From Raillietiella orientalis (taxonomy: Eukaryota), in contig JAYWIR010000008.1 in NCBI GenBank assembly GCA_036172245.1, forward strand, positions 4,278,001 through 4,342,000: a DNA stretch of 64,000 nt. Reading direction: 5' to 3'. This document shows positions 59,001 through 64,000 of the stretch, one piece after another. The position numbers were made by a program, and so were the translations under genes. The notes below the pieces were generated by a model. That model did not search any database, was not told where the DNA came from, and saw only the letters and a program-made list of their open reading frames with translations. Within the stretch, counting starts at the first letter, position 1. The number at the start of each line of letters is the position of its first letter.

Positions 59001-62000
59001 CAGCGCCGTCAGGGAAGAGGGGAGAGGCAAGGAGGGGAGGGAAGCCGTTTCCGTAGAAACAGATAGAGTCTATCTCCACAGCTCCTTGCCCCCGCCTTCC
59101 CAGCCCCCTCCATTGCACCTCCGAGAAAAAGAAGGGAATCTTCTTTGCTTGCTTACAGACAAGTGGGATCCCCGCTCCCTCGAGGGTCTCTGCTTTCGCA
59201 AGTTTCCGTGGAAACTGAGGGAGCAGCGCCATGTTCTCCATCCTCTCGAATTGCGAGAGAACACAGGTCAGTATCCCCAACAAGGAGAGGGTGAGGGAAG
59301 AGGGACATGGGGCAGGCGTAGGGGGAAGTTTGGGGACCGAGAGATAGGGCACAGTGGAGGCCGGATCTCGTGGAAATCTGAGGCACGGAGAGGCGGCGAC
59401 TTTCCTGCAGGAGACTCGCCTGCCTAAACGCTTCTCAGAGAGATCCCCCTAAAGGGAAGGAGGAAGAACCAAAGTCCCTTCCGAAAGAAGAGGCTGCGGC
59501 GCCTCTAGAGCGTGACCTTCGAGCTGGTGGCGACCTCCGTTTCCGCTGCCGCCTTTGCAAGATGCGCACCTCTCCTTCCCTCCTGCTCCCTTCGGCTCGG
59601 AGGGGATGCGACCCTGCCGAAGCTCCAGCAGAGGACGTTGTCCAGGTGTCCCGCAGCACACGACCCAGGTCCCCCTCTCTTCTATCGGCGAGCTCGATCG
59701 GCGATCTGTTCCGGGAACGCCTTCGGAGGGCCTCTAGGAGACGTTGGCCGGCGGGAGACTCCAACCCTCTTCTGCCCCCTCTCTTCGTGCTCCATCCCGC
59801 GCTCATTCGGGCGCTCCTTGGGCACGGAGGGATCTCTCCTGACGGGGAATGACGCGTTCCAGCTGCAGAGGGAGGCCTCAGAGCTGCGGGAGGCGAGCTC
59901 CAAGCAGGAGAATCTCAACGAGGATCTCCGCCTGAGGAAGGCGGCGGCCGAGAAGGAGAACCTGGGACTGAGGGCCGTACTGCAGTCCGTGGGGGCCGCC
60001 TTCGCCGAAGCGGATGACGTGGTCACCGCAGCCATCTCGGAGGTAACAGGAAATTCCCTCGCTTTCCTCACCCCCTACTTCCGGGGAGCACGCGACCCGT
60101 GCTTCCCGCGATCCCCTCCCTCTCTTCGTCCGAAGGACCTGAGCGGTCTCGACCCGGCAGCGCGGCGAGCCTCTCCGCCACCCTCCTCCCCCGATAGCCT
60201 TAAGGAAAGCTTCAGAAGATGCGCTCTGCTGCTCCTCCTCCTCTTCCTCCTTCTCTCCTCCCTCTTGCGCCACCTGGAGAAACCCTCGAACCGCCAGTGC
60301 CCCGTCTTTGAAAGAAGCGGAGAAAGAGCAGATCCCAAGGGGACTCTGGGAGTGGTGGGCCGTCCTACCCTGCACCTCATAATCCTCGTCCACCTCTCCT
60401 TCCCTTGCCCTTCCCTACTTCCCACAATCGGAATGCTTTTGCACCTGCTCTGTTGCTGCTCCCGCACGAGGTCTTTCCCTCCACTGGGTGGCTCAGGTCC
60501 TCCTCATCTTCAGCACGTCTGCTCGCATCTGCCGCAGCCTCTAATCGCTCTTCTTGCGCTGTGATCCCCTCCCTACCTGTGGCGGACTGGAAGCCCATGT
60601 CTGCCGACCATCCCTCCTCTTCCTCCTCGCCCTCTCCTGCCCACGACGCTCGAGCGTTTCGGAACGGCAGAGCTCTTTCACGAGAGGTGGACGAGGCGGC
60701 GGAGTCGAAGAGCACTTTCCCTGACGCTGTGAGGTCGCGGCTGGGGCCACCCCCTCCCCTTCTCTCTTCGCAGAGGTCTAAGCCAGGTGCTTTGCTGTTC
60801 TCACTCTCGCCCGCTAGGTGGATGACCTGCGGGAGTTTGGCTCGAGGATCGCCCCTGGTGGGAAGGCAACGGCAGGCGACGACGACGGTAAGTGGAGATC
60901 CCGCGCATCGCCCATCCCTTCCTCTTCCCTCTCCTCATGTCCTATCCGCATGCGCACACCGCTCTCCTCCTCCTCTTCCCCTCCTTCCAGGTAAGGAATG
61001 TTGGCGGAGAGACCTCGACGCCCGCATCGATGGCATCGATCTGCGCCTGCACTGCCTAAAGAGCATCAGCCGGCAGCTGGAGAGGACCCTCCTCCAGGAG
61101 AGAAACGGTGCTTCCTCTCAGTAGGTGCTCCCGAGAGTCGCTTATGCAGCGAACTAGCTCCTGCCCTTTCCTTTGTTTCACCCGCTTTACGGTTGATTGG
61201 CAAAGGAGCATCGGGGTGGCCGCGACGACGCTCTCCTTCCAGGGCGACGCAACTCTCCTGACCCTCCTCCTCCTCCTTTTCCACCGTTTCCCCCTTCCCA
61301 TATCCCCGCTCCTCATCTGAAAGAAAGGAGGAGGTGGGGCGAAGCGCTTGCGGAGAGTGGGAAGATCCACTACCCCGGGATCTCAGGGCGCCTCGCAGGA
61401 AGAAATCCTATGGATCTGGACTCGTCGGAGCGAAAGACGAATCTCCAGTCGCCTCCCTGAATGAGGTGCCACCAGTCCTGTCGCGCTCATCCGCTCCGGC
61501 TTGCAGATGTGAGGCTGACGAAGGCGAAGAGGGTGAACGGGAGTGGGTGGGAAAGGCGGGAAGACCCTCTTTGTCCCGTCTCCCCTGTTTCCTCTCTCTG
61601 AAGAGGCATCAGAACTCGGATGCATATCCGATCTGGATACGGAAATTGGGTATTCCTACGGTTGCCGGAAGAGTCCCTCTGCAACCTAGAGAGTTTCTGG
61701 ATTGGCGTGGAAATGTCTTCCCCTCCTCCTGTTCTTCCTCCTCCTCTTCATTCTTCGAGAAGACCCTCCGTTGGGAACCCTTCTACTTGGGGACCTTCTC
61801 TAAGCGACTTGTGGGTCCGACAGATAGGCCCGCAGCAGCTGAGCACGAGAATTTTTTCTCTCCCTCTCCCTGGAAGGGTGCAGCCTCTCTGGATGGACGG
61901 CACGGCAAAGGACTCCGGCTGCGGGAACGCCAAGTCGAGATTCTTCTCTTCGGACGGAATGTCGTCCTCGATGCAGGTGAGTCCCAGGAATGGAGAGGAG

Positions 62001-63910
62001 AGTGGTGGATGATGGCGCGCCGCTCCCTTGCTGGGTCGTGGACGCTCCCGGAAGTCAGTCCATTCGAGTGCCCTGTCAAGGGATGCACGTTTCCGTGACT
62101 CTCCTTCTCCTCCGCAGGGTAGGTGGCTACGGTCATTTGCCTAGTCCCCGTTCGGTGTTTCGGACCAGGAGTGTCCTGAAACTTCCTCCGCGGCGGCGGT
62201 AGATGCGACCGTTGCATCCTCGGAGTGGACGGCGATCCGTGACCTTTGCGACTGAGATGGACCTGTTTCGATGACCTGATTGGCGACTGCGGCCGTTCCT
62301 GCGATGGAATTTTCTACCCGCGATCGCAACGACTCCATGTCTGCTTGCCGTTGGGCTCGCGGCTATGAGCGCTTTGCGAATCGAGATGGTCGCAGCGGCA
62401 ACCACTCTGGCGACCGCGGTCAGCACGCTGGCGATTGTGATTTCCGCCGTTAAGATTCTTGCAATCGTGACGGTGGCCGACGTAGTGCTGGCTGCGCCCG
62501 TTGCGTTTGGCTCCCGAGCCCATGACTTTAATCTGCAGCACATCTATTGCTGACGAGGTCGTGACATGCGTCCAGGATCGCTGCGGTCATCATCATGCTC
62601 ACGAGCACACCGTTCTGTAATCGTCGCTGGCCGCTCTTGTGCTCCATGAGACTCCCGCTGGGCTGCGACCGTCAAACGTGCCACCTTTTTCCTGCTGTGA
62701 CCTCAGTGATCACCGGGAGAGCGACTGCCATCTTCCTGTGTGAGATCCTTACTGAGCTGCCGATGCTGCTGACACTTAGGGACCTCGGGAGCAATCGGTC
62801 ACTTTGACTGCCAGCGATGCCTCTGTGGTTTCCCCCAAGCGTTGCTAGGGCGCCTGCGATCACCGCAGCTGCAGGCGGTCTCCGTGGTCATCAGTGACTG
62901 AGAGGTGGTCAGGTGATGGGCGACCGTGTTCTTAGCCGCCGTCCCGATGGTTTCTCAGAAACGTGATGGACGCCGCCACCGTGATCCTCGGTCTTCACTG
63001 TCGTGACCATCTCCAAGCTGCCTGCAGCTATCGTGCCCTAACCACCACCCCTCGCAACACCTTCGTCTCTGAGGTTTCTTGTGATCGTCCGAGCGTTCCG
63101 CGGTGGCAGCGAATCGCGACCACCTGCACGGCGGGTGCTCCGTCGGTCCTCGTTTCTCTTGGAGGAAGAGGAGCACTCCCTGCGGAAGGGGAGTTGCTGG
63201 GCAACGCGGCACAGCCGAGATTGACGAGGGTCATCCTTTCCATGTCCTCGGTCCTGCAGCGGGTGTGGTGGTCCCAGGACAGCGACTCCGAGAGCCATGG
63301 GTCGGCAAGCCGCCTGGACAAGCTCGGCTGGAGGATGAGCAGCGCTGGCGCCAGGAGGAGCTGTGACAAGTGAGTGACGCCCGCGACTCCGCTCTCCCTT
63401 GGCCTTCCCTGCTCTCGTGGGACTCCGCGGAAGGACCGATTCGGAGGGAGCCGGTAGAGGAGGAAGGGGAGGGGGGAAGTATGGGGAATAGATGCGGTCC
63501 GTGGGCGAGAGAAAATAGGGAAAGAAGACCACGCACGGAAAGACCCGATGCAAGATCAGCAGCTCTGAGAGACCGTCCCGCCACACGGAAGGCCCTTCTT
63601 CTCTCCCTTTCTGTCGCAGGAAACCGTTCTTGTAGACGGGGTTCCTGCGAGTGCCTCCTCCTTAGAGGTTGCCAGAAGACTTCGGTACCCCTTGAACGGA
63701 AGAGAGGGAAAAGGAGAGAGTGGGCGTTTTCGGGACGGTTAATTTACTCACCGGGCCACCTTTACTAGGATTTCGGTGAGCAGCGACGTGCTCCCGTCGC
63801 AGAAGGACGGGAAGAGAAAGATCGGCCTGAAGTCGATGCTGAGACTCGTCAGGAGAACCCACCTTTCCGAGAACCGCGGGGACGTCTCTCCAGGAGGGGC
63901 ACCCCATCCG
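7979..63910 (+). CDS. SOGA/MTCL1-like: Spliced gene (31 coding exons modelled, 3' end beyond window) for a SOGA/MTCL-family long coiled-coil protein
   Basis: Exons join in frame across GT-AG introns (total 4086 nt). Signature segments: LESLCRELM-like AESLCRELMDKNE..LRKSLEGAIKNERILQFRLRKAE; DLLRDLQDFTEREHDLREQLKFTEEE-RHFLRKQLNRTEEENESLRMQLRKM; EMKMQLEINEQ-EFLVLRKKMEHLEIEND (two SOGA-type repeats); YELLEEDFVLMKAKLIIEKE; QRDAFRQMLEAAQKTI. Similarity to invertebrate SOGA/MTCL proteins is from memory. Confidence 0.85.
13975..14810 (+). mobile_element. tRNA-derived SINE-like repeat, near full length
   Basis: Pol III B-box GGTTCGAATCCC at 14018-14029, conserved core caggatgacgctggttg..ccggtggaagccgg..gtgaaaacggagc, A-rich 3' region. 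Confidence 0.8.
19226..19305 (+). CDS. Tentative coding exon (MTRHPKAPQGGCSSSEAGKNISGDRE)
   Basis: cccAG acceptor, AAG|GTTAGT donor, phase 2 to 1 fits neighbours; no homology support. Confidence 0.35.
19363..19494 (+). CDS. Tentative coding exon (LRDDESRKAKGRVKEGEQGGNRRLSRGDVPADIQRLEKADDRD)
   Basis: 57-nt pyrimidine-rich intron upstream, ACG|GTAACC donor, open charged frame, phase 1 to 1. Confidence 0.4.
19520..20090. repeat. Decayed AT-rich trinucleotide field (ATT/ACT/GTT/GCT)
   Basis: Strong 3-nt periodicity with stops, AT-rich against a GC-rich background. Confidence 0.8.
21361..21389 (+). CDS. Tentative 29-nt coding exon (GLAPAPSATR)
   Basis: ttctccgcAG acceptor, CGG|GTAACC donor, phase 1 to 0 bridges neighbours. 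Confidence 0.3.
22770..22803 (+). CDS. Tentative 34-nt coding exon (SLSIAGRDGAD)
   Basis: cctcttAG acceptor, ATG|GTAAGG donor, phase 0 to 1. Confidence 0.45.
22918..23027 (+). CDS. Coding exon (RNIQRISTSISAISQAFRREARRTDAQDRSLFQRSE)
   Basis: ttgtccAG acceptor; GAG|GTTACT donor gives a 52-nt intron; an unspliced read-through in another frame is also open, so the frame is uncertain. Confidence 0.45.
23080..23243 (+). CDS. Coding exon, start of coiled coil (GAEDDEQSCQVEEELRSKLRAAESLCRELMDKNEQHRSDLSDYEEAFKEVTDGL)
   Basis: Heptad-like peptide, GAG|GTGAGC donor at 23244, phase 2 joins 25141. Confidence 0.85.
24156..24201. repeat. Perfect 21-bp inverted repeat with 4-nt spacer
   Basis: TCCTTCCTGATCAAATGAGGC-ctct-GCCTCATTTGATCAGGAAGGA. 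Confidence 0.95.
25141..25465 (+). CDS. Coding exon (ENQFYECETLRKSLEGAIKNERILQFRLRKAELRAAELE...SPLSIQ)
   Basis: ctcttttAG acceptor, CAG|GTAAGA donor, GC3-rich codons, KNxRILxFxLRKAE family motif. Confidence 0.92.
28061..28165 (+). CDS. Coding exon, SOGA-type repeat 1 first half (TSSPDRGGLDLLRDLQDFTEREHDLREQLKFTEEE)
   Basis: Long T tract plus cAG acceptor, GAG|GTAAGG donor, 35 codons. Confidence 0.92.
29511..30210 (+). mobile_element. tRNA-derived SINE-like repeat copy with short central region
   Basis: B-box variant GGTTCAAATCCC near 29564; long alignable match to the 14 kb copy. Confidence 0.8.
32860..33085 (+). repeat. Direct repeat copy 1 (about 230 bp)
   Basis: gtgccac(c/t)ggaagcaagagagaaggat and cgagacgcagggatgcag shared with 34746-34985. 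Confidence 0.85.
34449..34542 (+). CDS. Coding exon, SOGA-type repeat 1 second half (RHFLRKQLNRTEEENESLRMQLRKMISVKPR)
   Basis: ctctttccAG acceptor, GAG|GTATTT donor, phase 0 to 1. Confidence 0.9.
34746..34985 (+). repeat. Direct repeat copy 2
   Basis: Colinear match to 32860-33085. Confidence 0.85.
35365..35720 (+). mobile_element. 3'-truncated SINE-like copy
   Basis: B-box GGTTCGAACCCC at 35411, ggatgacgtcggttgg..ccagtggaagccgg core. Confidence 0.7.
36119..36540 (+). mobile_element. 3'-truncated, diverged SINE-like copy
   Basis: Degenerate B-box GGGTACGAATCCC at 36172, gaaggatcgacgc..caggatgacgctgg core. Confidence 0.7.
40434..40555 (+). CDS. Coding exon (RKYKRSSSLELEGEIVFLDDGPEDQRRPEEMKMQLEINEQ)
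   Basis: tcgtttcAG acceptor, CAG|GTGAGA donor, phase 1 to 0. Confidence 0.9.
40608..40900 (+). CDS. Coding exon, SOGA-type repeat 2 (EFLVLRKKMEHLEIENDNFLKEIKEMRAQAEAALS...LPGQ)
   Basis: 52-nt intron upstream; 5' third clearly coiled coil; 3' boundary GAG|GTACGC, internal structure less certain. Confidence 0.75.
40974..41081 (+). CDS. Tentative linker exon (NEGRSRPSWTDRNSRTGRERGSSLPDLREERGEGE)
   Basis: The all-canonical solution I found: ctccAG acceptor at 40973 (skipping an AG at 40965), GAG|GTTGGT donor, phase 2 to 2. Confidence 0.5.
41310..41385 (+). CDS. Linker exon (KPVARKPPGRDVRKETLEGAGPSEA)
   Basis: Strong tttctcttcttttccAG acceptor, GTAAGT donor. Confidence 0.6.
41438..41558 (+). 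CDS. Linker exon (RSGDAAAEPRRSLSTLSSKAVQTEGLTLEESFSTSAGGRY)
   Basis: 52-nt intron upstream, ACG|GTAAGG donor, phase 0 to 1. Confidence 0.6.
45747..45871 (+). CDS. Linker exon (TEEAAKVAGAVCRSGGVLAANRDRGQQQPPHRKIGGPLPRQ)
   Basis: ctactccAG acceptor, CAG|GTGAGC donor, phase 1 to 0 fits both neighbours. Confidence 0.55.
46737..46902 (+). CDS. Coding exon (APAVVEGG...SVLEAEIRKLSEEGEALRKKTN)
   Basis: ctgattttcAG acceptor, ACG|GTAGGG donor, coiled coil resumes. Confidence 0.75.
47006..47132 (+). CDS. Coding exon (LDFQLRKKKQESDEVLRRYELLEEDFVLMKAKLIIEKEEAE)
   Basis: AAG acceptor, GTGAGT donor, family-like YELLEExxVxxKAKLxxEKE motif. Confidence 0.88.
47695..47809 (+). CDS. Coding exon (NWTSLCREHDAVRKQMQSLMDSLESKERSWHRERCEMQ)
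   Basis: ctcacccccAG acceptor, CAG|GTAGGT donor, phase 2 to 0. Confidence 0.85.
48543..49336 (-). mobile_element. Full-length SINE-like copy, antisense to host gene
   Basis: On minus: gcgttagtggttgtgtggtt (A-box-like) ... gggttcgaaccc (B-box), core, central sub-repeats, A-rich tail (T tract at about 48594-48615 on plus). Confidence 0.82.
50975..51004. repeat. (ATGCTC)4 plus ATGCCC hexamer repeat
   Basis: Direct reading. Confidence 0.9.
51478..51648 (+). CDS. Coding exon (SEIDRLRACISEHEKMG...EKLKTELLHLQIQ)
   Basis: gctttccAG acceptor, CAG|GTACGT donor, 57 codons of coiled coil. Confidence 0.9.
52795..53725 (-). mobile_element. Full-length SINE-like copy, antisense, expanded central region
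   Basis: Alignable end to end with 48543-49336 (e.g. tcaagga.tgctgaa.aaccgttcgc; ggagaatcaggttccaatcc..ccagttaacggggg). Confidence 0.82.
56329..56435 (+). CDS. Coding exon (NQEQRRKLDDHERVQQFAVRALRCNHEEVIQDLRQ)
   Basis: ccgtAG acceptor, GAG|GTGAGA donor, phase 0 to 2; not in the ORF track. Confidence 0.85.
57190..57418 (+). CDS. Coding exon (MQEGEKKLKTELTLMKIRSE...QRDAFRQMLEAAQKTILELKS...EENLE)
   Basis: ccttttccAG acceptor, GAG|GTGAGC donor. Confidence 0.92.
57753..57920 (+). CDS. Coding exon (VISAREKIAECQEQIGRLEDEVVASK...EKASWQLTAIELRSRINE)
   Basis: ctccgcAG acceptor, GAG|GTACTC donor, 56 codons. Confidence 0.9.
57970..58128 (+). CDS. Coding exon (LEEGALLNSGRSKAGAAVKARLELPWQREREDHVRALNDAVALNRKLRTRILE)
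   Basis: 49-nt intron upstream, GAG|GTAGGC donor, 53 codons. Confidence 0.9.
58270..58377 (+). CDS. Coding exon (MQDAWEKDRLQFSRENREALQAAETERRELKGKLAE)
   Basis: Long pyrimidine tract plus cAG, GAG|GTGAGC donor. Confidence 0.9.
59863..60042 (+). CDS. Coding exon (LQREASELREASSKQENLNEDLRLRKAAAEKENLGLRAVLQ...AAISE)
   Basis: gttccAG acceptor, GAG|GTAACA donor, 60 codons. Confidence 0.88.
60818..60887 (+). CDS. Coding exon (VDDLREFGSRIAPGGKATAGDDD)
   Basis: ctcac branch-like motif plus tAG, ACG|GTAAGT donor, phase 0 to 1. Confidence 0.75.
60991..61120 (+). CDS. Coding exon (KECWRRDLDARIDGIDLRLHCLKSISRQLERTLLQERNGASS)
   Basis: Strong pyrimidine tract plus cAG; donor GTAGGT at 61121 (alternative GT at 61108). 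Confidence 0.7.
61877..61976 (+). CDS. Coding exon (VQPLWMDGTAKDSGCGNAKSRFFSSDGMSSSMQ)
   Basis: Pyrimidine tract plus aAG, CAG|GTGAGT donor, phase 2 to 0. Confidence 0.6.
63260..63369 (+). CDS. Coding exon (RVWWSQDSDSESHGSASRLDKLGWRMSSAGARRSCD)
   Basis: gtcctgcAG acceptor, GTGAGT donor, phase 0 to 2. Confidence 0.7.
63769..63910 (+). CDS. Last coding exon in window (ISVSSDVLPSQKDGKRKIGLKSMLRLVRRTHLSENRGDVSPGGAPHP)
   Basis: ctttactAG acceptor, CCG|GTGAGC donor; basic patch; gene continues past the window. Confidence 0.75.
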
Positions 63911-64000
63911 GTGAGCACAGACCCTCTCCAATCTTCCCTTTTCCTTCCCTGTGCCTAATCCCAGCCTCCCCTTCTGAAACCAGAGCCAGTTAGACGAGTT

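Overview
GC-rich eukaryotic (metazoan, probably arthropod) genomic DNA, not prokaryotic: I see no operons, rRNA, intact tRNA or CRISPR array. Almost the whole window is one long + strand, intron-rich gene for a SOGA/MTCL (microtubule cross-linking factor)-family coiled-coil protein. I reconstructed by hand a frame-consistent model of 31 coding exons, all with GT-AG introns, from an ATG at 7979 to a donor at 63910 (4086 nt, 1362 codons; the gene runs off the right edge). The first exon and the coiled-coil exons are well supported; the linker exons (19.2-23.0 kb, 41.0-45.9 kb) are tentative. The window also holds seven recognisable copies of an approximately 0.8 kb tRNA-headed SINE-like repeat in both orientations (six intronic, one upstream), one of them enclosed by about 53 bp inverted repeats. 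Other intronic features are strong hairpins, a local direct duplication and decayed microsatellite fields. Most ORFs in the supplied track are GC-driven noise. Family assignments rest on recalled motifs, not on database searches.
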